This document shows, piece by piece, positions 25,252 through 35,800 of a stretch of 64,000 nt of DNA. Made by a program: the position numbers and the translations under genes. The stretch is from Podarcis muralis (lineage: Eukaryota). Where the stretch lies: contig NC_135671.1 of assembly GCF_964188315.1 (NCBI RefSeq), forward strand, positions 35,712,001-35,776,000, given 5' to 3'. Positions within the stretch are counted from its first letter, which is position 1, and each line of letters opens with the position of its first letter. The notes under the pieces are model-generated. The model did not search any database. It saw only the letters and a program-made list of their open reading frames with translations, and was not told the DNA's origin.

Positions 25252-26639
25252 AGGGGGGGTGGTTAAGGGGCATGCGGCGGGAGAAGCAGCTTCTAAAACA
25301 CACCAGCCCTTCACCGGCAGGAAGAAAACACAGCTGCTGCCAACCTAAGGGCTCTCTTTTCTTTCCGTTTCTAGATGTGGAAGCTTTCTAAGGGTTTGCA
25401 GTTAGCCTTTTGGCTAAGATCAAGTGTAAAACAGCTCTTGGGAAATCTGGCTGACTTGTCGGAAAGGTCTGGCTGAACAGCCTTGGTAGATTGGTCATTA
25501 GGAGGTTCAGTGGATGAAGGGCTCTTCTTTGTTTGTCTTTGTCTTCTGTTTGTACGCTGCTTTTGTTTTTGAAGTCAGTGCTATGTGTCGTATGTTGGGT
25601 GTTTGTTTGCAGTGTATGGGAGGAGGCAGGAAAGAAGGGGATGTTTTTTGCAAGGAAAAAAGTATTTGTTTCCATTAACTTCCATAAGCAATTGGGGCTA
25701 CATGCTGGAACAGAATGCAACGTTCCCATTGAGGATGGACATATTGAAATTGCTTTCAGGCAGTGATTCCCACCCAACCTTTTAGCACTTTGGGTTGCTG
25801 CCTCCTTGTTAATAGTTCTTTGTAGCGATGGACTGGAAAGTACAAAGAAACATTTCCACAAACTATAAACTTTGGGAACAGCAGTCATTGAGCAGTTGTG
25901 GTGGGGGAGGGAGTTTGTTTAAAAGACATGAAATGAAGCTCCTTCATGAATTCCTGATGATTTTCTATTGCACTAAATATGGCAAGTGTAAATATATAAT
26001 ATTTATGATACAAAATATTTATATACTTGATTCAAATATTTGTTGGGGATGCTGATGAATATCCTTTGTTAGTAAAACATGCAGCATTGCTGAATGTGTC
26101 TCAGAAAGTGTGTCCAACCAGGATTGTGCCATGTGGCACTTTTCAAAGTGGTATTTATTTTTGTAAATAGTGTTTATATTTGAGGTATTTGTTTTCTGTA
26201 TTCTCCCTTACATAGCACAGCCAAAAGAAAATGAAAATAAAACATGTTGTGAAATTGAAAGCAATTACTCTGATTTTCCTGTAATATTTTGCTTACTATC
26301 CCAAGTCAAGGTTTTGTTCAAGAGTACTGAGCTTCTTGATGGTTATTTTGCTGGTTATAAGCTTCTGCAATAAATATTATTTATTGTAACTAAGTGTAGG
26401 AAATTCTTTTAACTCCTAATTTTTCAGTCAAACTTGGAATAAAGCTTTGAGGGAAAGGGAAGCAGGAAAAGTAGTATGAGAAATACACAATTGAATTTAG
26501 GTGTGGTTAGGCAATTACTGTACTACTTTGTAGTCCTTATTATAACAGCAGAGGAAACCTACAAAACAGGAGCTCATGATGTGCTTAGGATTTTGATGGT
26601 GGCTAGCTGTTTTCTAAGCAGAGACCTTGGCCTCTAGTA

Positions 26640-26900
26640 AAACGGTAGAAAATTCCACAAGAGACCTTGGGAAACGATCTGGACCCAACAAGCCTTACAG
26701 GGGCAAACCCCTGAAACTGAACCATGCTACTCCTCTCCATCCCCACAAGTGCCCTAAAGGTCCAACTGAATTGGATAACAAGCTGCCTCTGACAACAGAG
26801 CCATCATTAATTCCCTTCTCTTTCCACCTCCCTACCCCAGTACAGAAAGCCAGATCCAGTATGTGTCCTGCCAAATGCATATTGATCTGATGCAGTTTGA
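26640..26900 (-). mobile_element. L2 LINE endonuclease fragment
   Basis: HLAGHILDLAF resembles the L2 EN motif GHTLDLV. Confidence 0.5.
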
Positions 26901-26988
26901 CAGAGAACCATGGTTGTCATAGCAGACATAAGAAACCAAGCTGCCACAGACAAGACTAACTTGGTGGGTATGTACAAGTTACCCAATA

Positions 26989-27206
26989 GAGTGGTATCTC
27001 GGGTTAAGAACTTAATTTGTTCTGGAGGTCTGTTCTTAACCTGAAACTGTTCTTAACCTGAGGTACCACTTTAGCTAATGGGGCCTCCCACTGCTGCCGC
27101 CGTGCGATTTCTGTTCTCATCCTGAAGCAAAGTTCTTAACCTGAAGTACTATTTCTGGGTTAGTGGAGTCTGTAACCTGAAGCGTCTGTAACCCGAGGTA
27201 CCACTG
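26989..27206. mobile_element. Tc1/mariner MITE, same family
   Basis: Reverse-complement similarity to 9447-9666; the left TIR is slightly decayed. Confidence 0.8.
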
Positions 27207-27208
27207 TA

Positions 27209-27910
27209 CCAAAAGCCTTTTAAGGTCTTCAGTGCCACATCTGAGGCATGGATTAATATTTTTGCCCATTGATTCATATATATAGCTTCCAACCCTTTGA
27301 TAAATGCTATCCCAAAGTGCATAATTTCCATAGTTCTCTTCATAAATGCCCAAGAGGCATTGTCAAATGCTTTTTCAATTTCCAGAAATATTAAGATAGC
27401 CTCTTTTTCATTTTTCTTTTCTAAGAGTTCGATAATATTCAATACATTTTGAGTGTTATTTCTTAATTGTTTTGTCGGTAAGCAGCCTATCTGCTCTTCA
27501 TGTATATAAGTTTTAAAAACCATTCTCTGTTCAATCCAGTTTGTCCTTATCTCCTGCCTCTTTCATTCAAAGTTTCCTGGGAATTTCCTCTGTGGCCCCC
27601 TTCTTTGCTGCCATCACTATCTGTTTTAATTGTTTTCCTTCTACACCTTTATTGTGACTGCTTTTTTGGGTTTTATTCAGAGATCCTTTCTTCCACCTCG
27701 CTTTGACCTGCGGCTGTTTTCTTCACTCTGCTGTACACCTACTATAATCAGGCTCAAGGGTATTTGGATATTCCTTAGATCTGCTGGCATTATAATACCT
27801 TCTCCCCCCCCTTTCCCCCCTTGCCATGTCCGCACTTTACAGTCTGTTCTTCCTTCGCTTGTTTTTTCAAGTTCCACCACTCACATTATTGTTGTCGTTC
27901 TTGTTCTTAT
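27209..27910 (-). mobile_element. L1/Tx1-type LINE fragment (RT)
   Basis: EQIGCLPTKQLRNN...AILIFLEIEKAFDNASWAF matches the L1 RT N-terminal pattern. Confidence 0.75.
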
Positions 27911-28333
27911 TTATTAATTTGTGTACTTCCCTTCATCTGTAGACCTAAGGGTGGTTTGCAACATAAAAATACAAGATAAAAACCACACACAATACATAAT
28001 AAAAACAAGGACAAAAACAAACCAATAATTGCTCCCCCAAACACATTTAAAAGGGTGCATCACACTGTTGACTCTTGTTAAGCTTGTGGTCTACTAAGAC
28101 CCCAAAATCATTTTCACAGGTACTGCCAATAAGCCAGGTGTCCCCCATATTATATTTGTGCAGCTGGTTCTTCTTTCCTAAGTGTAGAACCTTTTAGCCT
28201 TGTTGTAGTTCAGCATGGGCTCTTAAATTTATCTCCTTGAAATCTATGGACGTAAGAAATGCTTAACTTTGGCTGATGTCAGTTTTTTACTTGTACAAGG
28301 TATGTGAGAGAGCAAGTGAGTGTCTGTGAGGTT

Positions 28334-28573
28334 CAGTGGAACCTCGGTTTTCGAGTGTCTCGGAAGCTGAACATTTCAGTTTTCGAACGCCGAAAACCCA
28401 GAAGTAAATGCTTCCGTTTTCAAACACACCTCACAAGTTGAACAGCTTCTGCTGCGTGTTTTTCAATTTTCTTAATTGAACCTTCAGCCCGCCCTTTGCA
28501 CCTCAGTTTTCGAACATTTCAAAAGTTGAACAGTCTTCCAGAATGGATTACCTTCGAAAACCAAGGTACCACT
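28334..28573. mobile_element. Tc1/mariner-type MITE, related family
   Basis: CAGTGGAACCTCGGTTTTCGA...TTCGAAAACCAAGGTACCACT imperfect TIRs. Confidence 0.65.
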
Positions 28574-28606
28574 ATATTTAGTTTAGGCTGGGATAGTCAA
28601 CATGGT

Positions 28607-28958
28607 AAGGACGCGGGTGGCGCTGTGGGTAAAAGCCTCAGCGCCTAGGGCTTGCCGATCGAAAGGTCGGCGGTTCGAATCCCCGCGGCGGGGTGCGCTC
28701 CTGTTGCTTGGCCCCAGCGCCTGCCAACCTAGCAGTTCGAAAGCACCCCCGGGTGCAAGTAGATAAATAGGGACCGCTTACTGGCGGGAAGGTAAACGGC
28801 GTTTCCGTGTGCTGCGCTGGCTCGCCAGATGCAGCTTTGTCACGCTGGCCACGTGACCCGGAAGTGTCTCCGGACAGCGCTGGCCCCCGGCCTCTTGAGT
28901 GAGATGGGCGCACAACCCTAGAGTCTGTCAAGACTGGCCCGTATGGGCAGGGGTACCT
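28607..28958 (+). mobile_element. Sauria SINE, same young subfamily as 17674-18035
   Basis: Near-identical reverse complement of that copy; 13-bp TSD TAGTCAACATGGT. Confidence 0.92.
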
Positions 28959-29369
28959 TAGTCAACATGGTGCCTTCAAAACTCCCACTAGACCCAGCCA
29001 GCACAGCCATTGTTCAGGGATGATGGGAGCTGGATTCCAACAACATCTGGAGGGCACCATCTTAGCTATTCCTAGTTCAGGGGAATTTAGATTATTGTTG
29101 TCTGCTGCCTTCTATGAAACTGCTTTATATTAAGTCGGACTATTAGCTCACAATGCTCACTAATTATATTCACTGCCTGACAGCTGCTCTCTAGCATTTC
29201 AGAGTGGAGTCTTTCCTCTTATATTTGGAGTTGTCAGGAATGGAATCTGGAACATTTTGCATGCAAAATATATGTTTTATTGCTGCATGACAGCTGTTCC
29301 TTCAGTATTGTCCCAGAGAGGTAGAATACAATCTTCCACAAGTGGTGGACATGTAAAAAGGTAAAAGTG

Positions 29370-29960
29370 TATTGGGAAATGGTTTATGATGAATTAGAAA
29401 AAAATGTTTAAAACTACTATCCCACAAAAACCAGAGTCCTTTTTGTTGGGGATAATCCATACTGAAATTCCCAGGTGTTGAAAAAAGATTATTTATGTGT
29501 GCAACAACTACAGATCATGTTTTATTAGCTCCCTAATGGAAAGTGAGCGAGGTCCCAACTAAAGAGGATTGGCAACTTAAATTGACAGAATATGCACAAC
29601 TTGCAGATTTAACATATAGAATAAGAGAGCAAGAAGAACATATATTTCAAGAAGACTGGAAAACATTTATTGAATATATGGAAAATAGCTGTATACATCT
29701 GAAAACGCTGGCAGCATGAAGATAAATTCAACAGAGTAAATAATTTTTGATGGATGTAAAAGTGGAAAACTGATCTGAATGGTTACAGTAAAATATGCCA
29801 GGATGTAGGATACGTAGAATGAACCATGGAAAGAGAAGAAGGGAAATTGCTGGATATATTAAAGTTTGTAAAATGTTTATTTGAAATTGAAAAACTGAAA
29901 ATTTAATAAAAATTATTATAAAATAAGAAGAGAGGTGGAATACAAATATTTGGATGAACG
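29370..29960 (+). mobile_element. L1-type 3' end downstream of OR copy A (paralog at 40481-40990)
   Basis: ...LLAPKWKVSEVPTKEDWQLKLTEYAQLA... L1 ORF2 C-terminus and an A-rich 3' UTR. Confidence 0.75.
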
Positions 29961-30071
29961 AGCGTACGTTGAACAAGGTCCCATTATTCCCTTTAGCCAT
30001 CCACATCTGAATCGGATTCAGTACATCATAGCTGATACAGTGGCAATATGAGATGCCTGTTAACCAACCTC

Positions 30072-31013
30072 TCACGATGACTGTTGAAAAAAGACCCTCT
30101 TTCCCAGGAGACCCCACAGAGCTTCCTTGACATCTTTGTTCCTGAGGCTGTAGATGTAAGGGTTGGACATTGGGGTGATGACAGTGTACACCACAGCAAA
30201 GACAGCCCCTCGATGCGATGAGTAGCTGGATGTTGGCAGAAAGTAGGCAGCAATGATAGCTCCATAGAAGAGGGTCACCATGGTGAGGTGGGAGCCACAG
30301 GTGGAGAAAGCTTTGCGCCTCCCCGAAGATAACTTCATCACAGCTACCACAATGCGGACGTAGGTGAGGAAGATTAATACACAAGGTCCAAGAAGGACGA
30401 CGGAACCTTCAAAGAAGATGAGGGCTTCATTGATGCTGGTGTCTGAGCAGGACAGCTGCAGGAGAGGCTGATGGTCACAAAAGTAATGGAACAAGTGGTT
30501 GTCCCCACGATAACTGAGACGCAGGAGGAGGCTGGCATGGAGCATGGAGTGGAGGGTAGAAACAATCCAGCAGCCAGCGACCAGGTGTCCACAGACCTTC
30601 TGGTTCATTACCGTGGTGTAGTGTAGTGGATTGCAAATTGCAACATAGCGATCCAGAGCCATGACGCTGACTATCAGAAGGTCAGTCACGCCAAACACGC
30701 AGAAGAAGAAGAACTGAGCCATGCAGCAGTAGAAAGGGATAGTCTTGGAAGAGGAGATGATGTGAGCCAACATCTGAGGCACAGTGACTGATAGGAAGCC
30801 CACATCCACCACCGAGAGGCTCCGAAGCAAGAAATACATGGGAGTCTGGAGTCGGGCATCCAGAGAGATGAGAATGATCATCATGATGTTGCCCAGAAGT
30901 CCTGCTCCATACATCAGCAGAAAGATTAGGAACAAGAGTGGCTGCTCTTTAGGCTGGGCGGAAAAACCCAGAAGGACAAACTCGACGATGTCTGTGCCAT
31001 TCTCACAGTCCAT
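30072..31013 (-). CDS. Olfactory receptor (class II, family-1-like), 313 aa, copy A
   Basis: Single-exon 7TM ORF with LQTPMYF, MALDRYVAICNPLHY, KAFSTCGSHL and YSLRN motifs. Splice acceptor just upstream of the ATG at 31013. Confidence 0.93.
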   Translation of the reverse strand: MDCENGTDIVEFVLLGFSAQPKEQPLLFLIFLLMYGAGLLGNIMMIILISLDARLQTPMYFLLRSLSVVDVGFLSVTVPQMLAHIISSSKTIPFYCCMAQFFFFCVFGVTDLLIVSVMALDRYVAICNPLHYTTVMNQKVCGHLVAGCWIVSTLHSMLHASLLLRLSYRGDNHLFHYFCDHQPLLQLSCSDTSINEALIFFEGSVVLLGPCVLIFLTYVRIVVAVMKLSSGRRKAFSTCGSHLTMVTLFYGAIIAAYFLPTSSYSSHRGAVFAVVYTVITPMSNPYIYSLRNKDVKEALWGLLGKRVFFQQSS

Positions 31014-31293
31014 GGGACCTGCAGCGAGAAACACAACACACAGCTGGCATGAGCCAAAGGGCTTCATAGCATAACTACCTGTGTAGTAATTGCATGGGCT
31101 ATCCACCCCCCCCCCCAGTCCTCCAAAGACTCTCAAGACCTGGCAGGGAGAGGGAGAGGTTGTGAGGTGTTGCAAATCACAAGCCAAACGGTAAGCTGCC
31201 ACCACCTCCTTTCCTGGGCACCCTAGAATGGGGTCCAAGGAGGAGAACCCCCCTTTGATATTTACCGGGTTGCCCAGTCCTGTGTCACTGTAC

Positions 31294-31915
31294 TGTGACG
31301 CAGACAAATCCAACAGATAGATGTACCAAGGGGTCAGGCACCATTTTAGCTTCTCTGGGCAAAAGACACAAAAGGCAAAAGTCCTTTCCCAAGTTTATTG
31401 AAAAAGCCACTCAGAAAGTAAAAGCTTGCACATTTCTTGGAAGGTTACAAACAGAAAATAAAAAACATTATAAAATATAGCTAACTAAAACATACTCACA
31501 AAATCCAATAGTTCAAAGCACAGCGAGTAGTCAAAATCTCTTTGCTGGTCAAACGCCTTCTGGCAACAAACGCCAGGGCAAGATGTTCTGCAGTTTTCAT
31601 CTGAATTCCCCAAAGCTTTATCCTTGAGAATCCCACGTGGAGAAGGGGTTTAGGGACCAATCATTTATTTAGGTTAATTACCAATTACCAATGGCTGTAT
31701 GATGGGACTATGTCTGCTGATTATCAGGAGACCAGCACAGCTGAACTTTGTTTATGCTCAAAGGACCTTGAGATGAAAACACTGCTTCTTTGTTCCCAGA
31801 CTTTTCTGACATGTATCAGGCTCTTGAGCTGTAAATTGCCTGATAGCCTTTTCACACCCAATCCACATCCGAGCCCCCAGCTGGCAGGATCTACAAATCA
31901 GATAACATCTCTTTC
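31294..31915 (-). mobile_element. LTR-like element in minus orientation, directly upstream of OR copy A
   Basis: Left end TGTGACG; minus-strand AATAAA (31394-99) and GATAAA (31617-22); CACGTG and CCAAT boxes. Right end and TSD not resolved. Confidence 0.5.
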
Positions 31916-32498
31916 CTGCTGTGACGGTAACATATGAGAGTGCTGGAGGTGAAATAGTTAAACAGGTTACCCAATCAGAACCCAGGGGGGTGGAGTCAGA
32001 GGGACTATTAAACCAGCTCTGTGTGATGGCCTGGGATTCCGAGTCTGAGAGCGATCCGGAGGAATCCCAGCCGGCACAGGAGTCCCTGCCTCCAGGGCCG
32101 GCTGAACTGGGGCAAGGCCTAGATGCTGAGGAAACTCAAGAGCAGGCACCAGGTGAAATCATTCAGGCCCCAGAGGTGCTGGAAGACTCAGTGGCTACAG
32201 GTGAGCCTCCCCCGGGGCCCAGTAACCCTTCGGCCTCTCCTGATCTGCAGAGGCTTAGGGCAGAGAGGCGAAGGGAACTGGTGTCTCCCAGGAGGAGTGC
32301 TCGCCTTAAGGCCAAGAGAGGCGGGGCTTCTGGGGGCCGGGACCGCCCCCGGCCTTAGAAGAAGATAAAGGTCAGGCAGCCCGGTCCCAGGTTGCGGGAG
32401 CAACGTCGTTGTGGAGTACCTGTTTTACCCAGTCCTTGTTCGGCACCCCCAGTGTGCCTATTCCTCGCCCGGCTTCCTGTTTCTGACTCTCCGGTGTT

Positions 32499-32630
32499 CC
32501 TGTTCCTCGCCTGGATTCCTGCTTCTGCCCTACCAGTGCTCCTGTTCCTCGCCTGGACTCCTGCTTCTGCCCTACCAGTGTTCCTGTTCCTCGCCTGGCT
32601 ACCTGCTTCTGCCCTACCATCGTTCCTGTT
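32499..32630 (+). repeat. 42-bp tandem repeat (about 3 copies) inside the LTR; copy at 37611-37742
   Basis: CCTGTTCCTCGCCTGG... starts at 32499, 32541 and 32583. Confidence 0.9.
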
Positions 32631-32814
32631 ACCCCGCCCGGCTCCCTGTCTCGGACCTCGCGTCTCATCTAGTGATCATCTACCCTGCTAGAGACTCTGA
32701 ACTGATCTTGGCCTACGGTAATAGTACCTTATTCCCCCTGGGACCAGCACAGTTTGCTCCCGCCACACCCGCACTCCCTCTTTGTTGGGGTGCGTTCGGG
32801 AAGAGTCAGAGGCC

Positions 32815-35800
32815 ATGGCCGACCAAGCGGCTAGACTGTTGGCAATAGCCCAGGAGAACCAGGCCTTGACGCACACCGTGCAGCAGCTCAGTAACGCGGT
32901 TACGGCACTACAGCAGCGTTTGGACGCCCTACCGGCTCCTGGGGCCGACGCCCCGGCTTCTGGCAAGTACCCAGTGGCCTTGCCTGAGAAATTTGATGGG
33001 GCCCCGGCCAGCTTTCCCATGTTCCTTGCCCAGGCCAAGCTGTATATTCAGGGGCGCGCCCGGAACTTCCCTGACGACCGCACCAAGGTGCATTTTTTGA
33101 TTAGTTTGTTAAAGGACCAGGCGGCCAAGTGGGCGTTGCCGCTGCTCAGGCAAGACTCCCCCTTGCTGGCAGACTATGGGGGGTTTTGCAATCTGTTGGA
33201 GGCCGCGTTCGGCAACCCCCAGAAGGAGAGTCAAGCCAACCGGGCGATTCGGCGGTTGAGACAGGGCAAGTCCAAGGTGGCCGCATACACCACAGAATTC
33301 CGGCTGCTGGCACAGGACTTGACCTGGAATGACTCTGCTCTTCGGGACCAGTATCTCGAGGGGCTTTCAGATGAGATACTGGACCAGCTGGCCACAATGG
33401 AACGCCCCACCACGCTAGACACCCTTATTCAACAGAGTCTACAGATAGACGATCGGCTAGAGGACCGGCGTCAGGCTCGGGGCCGCCGGCACCTCCAGTT
33501 CTCGGCCCCAGTGTCTACCAGCAGCCCCACAGGCCCAGCTGAGTCATTGGAGGAACCTATGCAGCTTGAGGCAGTGCGGCCACGCCTCTCCCCCACAGAG
33601 AAGTCGCGGCGTCGGGAGGGGAACCTATGTCTCTATTGTGGCGGAAGCGGACACTATGCACGGTCCTGTCCTGAGAAACGCCAGCCGCAGGGAAACCGCC
33701 AAACCCCAGTAGCTGATGGCCCTGGCTACCTGGGGTCCCAAACAGCACAGAATGGGGCCGCACCAATTGAATTACAACACCTTATGGTTCTGGTACATCT
33801 ATACCCTCCAGGAGGGCCATGGATTCTTACCCATGCTCTGGTGGATTCAGGGGCAACCCGCTCTTATATGGACGCTGCTTTTGCTGCCCAGCATCGGGTG
33901 CCACTTCGGAACAAGCCAGAACCGGTACAGGTGGAGGCAATCGACGGACGGCCCCTGCGTTCGGGTGCCGTCACTCAGGAGACCCAGCCCCTGGTCCTGT
34001 GCCTCCAGCAGCACCGTGAGATGCGAACTCTGGATATTGCCTCCATGCCCCGGTTCCCCCTGGTGCTTGGGATGGACTGGCTGGAGGCTCACAATGTGCA
34101 GATTGACTGGGTCAAACGGACTGTACACTTCCCAGACCCCAGTTCTCCTGCTGAGACTGAGATGCTAGCAGCTGCGCCCACTGAGGAGGCTGCTGCAACG
34201 CTCCCCGCTGAGTACCGGGACTATCACGACGTGTTCGAGGAACGGGGGGCAGACCAGCTGCCGCCGCATCGGTCCTTTGACTGCGGCATAGACCTCCAGC
34301 CCGGAGCGCCTCTACCGGTGAGTCGCTTATACTCGTTAACAGAGCCAGAGCGCGAGGCTTTGCAGGACTTCTTGCGCAAGAACCTGGAGCGTGGGTTCAT
34401 TAGACCTTCTACCTCGCCCACTGCTGCGCCAGTGCTCTTTGTTAAAAAGAAATGTGGGGAGCTCCGCCTTTGCCATGATTACCGGGCCCTGAACAAAATT
34501 ACCATCCCGGACCGGTACCCCTTGCCCCTTATTTCAGAGTTACTGGAGCGGGTGCAAGGGGCGCAGGTGTTCACCAAGTTAGACCTCCGGGGAGCCTACA
34601 ATTTGATTCGGATCCGCGCCGGGGATGAGTGGAAGACAGCATTCGGGACCCGGTACGGACAGTTCGAATACCTGGTTATGCCCTTTGGTTTGTGCAACGC
34701 GCCTGCTGTGTTCCAACGGTACATCAACCACGTGTTCCAGGACTTGCTAGACAAGTACGTGGTGGTGTACTTGGATGACATTCTGGTTTACTCCCGTGAC
34801 CCGGCGTGCCACGAGGGCCATGTCCGGACCGTGCTGCAGCGCTTGCGCGAGCATCGTCTGTATGCAAAGCTCAGCAAGTGCGAGTTTCATCAGCGGTCAG
34901 TGGACTTCCTGGGTCACCGACTCTCACCAGGTGGGGTGCAGATGGATCCGGGGAAGGTGGCAGCGGTTCGAGAATGGGCGGCACCTCGGAACCGCAAGGA
35001 CCTACAGCGTTTCCTGGGGTTCGCCAACTATTACCGGACCTTCATTGCGGATTATGCTCACCGCACCATCCCGTTGACCCGGCTACTGCGCCCCAAGACA
35101 CCGTTTTCCTGGGACAAGGAGGCGGAGGAGGCATTTCAAGGGTTGAAGGCCTGTTTCCAGAGAGCGCCAATCTTGCAACATCCGGATCCTTCTCGACCCT
35201 TTGTGGTAGAGACTGACGCCTCCAGTACGGCTCTCGGTGCCGTCTTGTCTCAGCAGCACGGATCGGAAGCGCCACTCTTACCCTGCGCCTTCTATTCCCG
35301 CCAGCTCCTTCCAGCGGAGCGTAACTATACCGTGTGGGAGCGGGAACTACTGGCCATCAAGGTGGCCTTTGAGGTTTGGCGCCACCACCTGGAAGGAGCA
35401 AGACACCCGGTGGAGGTAAGAACCGACCACCGGAACCTGGAATACCTCCAGACCACCCGCAAGCTAAACCAAAGGCAGATCCGGTGGGCGTTGTTCTTCT
35501 CCCGGTTCCAGTTCCGGATCCGCTACATCCCTAGCTCCCAAAACCAGAAGGCGGATGCCCTGTCCCGGAAACCTGAAGACAACGCAGACACGGTTCAGCA
35601 AGCAGCACCCACCACGATCCTACCACCAGCTGCATTCCTGGCCACCCAGGAGGTTGAGCCACTGCAGGCTCGGGTGCGGGAACAGCAGCGGGTCGACGCT
35701 TGGGCCCAGGAACGACTCCGGGAACTGGCCGAAGGATCATGCCCTCAGTATCCAGGGCTGGTCTCGCATCAGGGCCTTCTGCTGCACCACGGGCGCCTGT

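Noticed and set aside
29728-30384. 218-aa and 183-aa (40746-41297) minus ORFs overlapping the OR 3' ends
   Set aside because: Alternative frames of the OR C-terminus running into antisense L1 3' UTR; no homology recognised.
30072-31313. 413-aa ORF (OR with a 100-aa N-terminal extension)
   Set aside because: A splice acceptor sits just upstream of the ATG at 31013, and the extension is not shared with copy B beyond 31072; chance open frame.
31921-32358. 145-aa ORF spanning the host LTR into the 5' LTR as a stand-alone gene
   Set aside because: Chimeric across the insertion junction and upstream of the element's TATA-like box. The same peptide is meaningful only as the Pol extension in the 3' LTR.
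32499-32630. Regularly spaced repeats as a CRISPR array
   Set aside because: Eukaryotic DNA; the 42-bp units are contiguous with no unique spacers.
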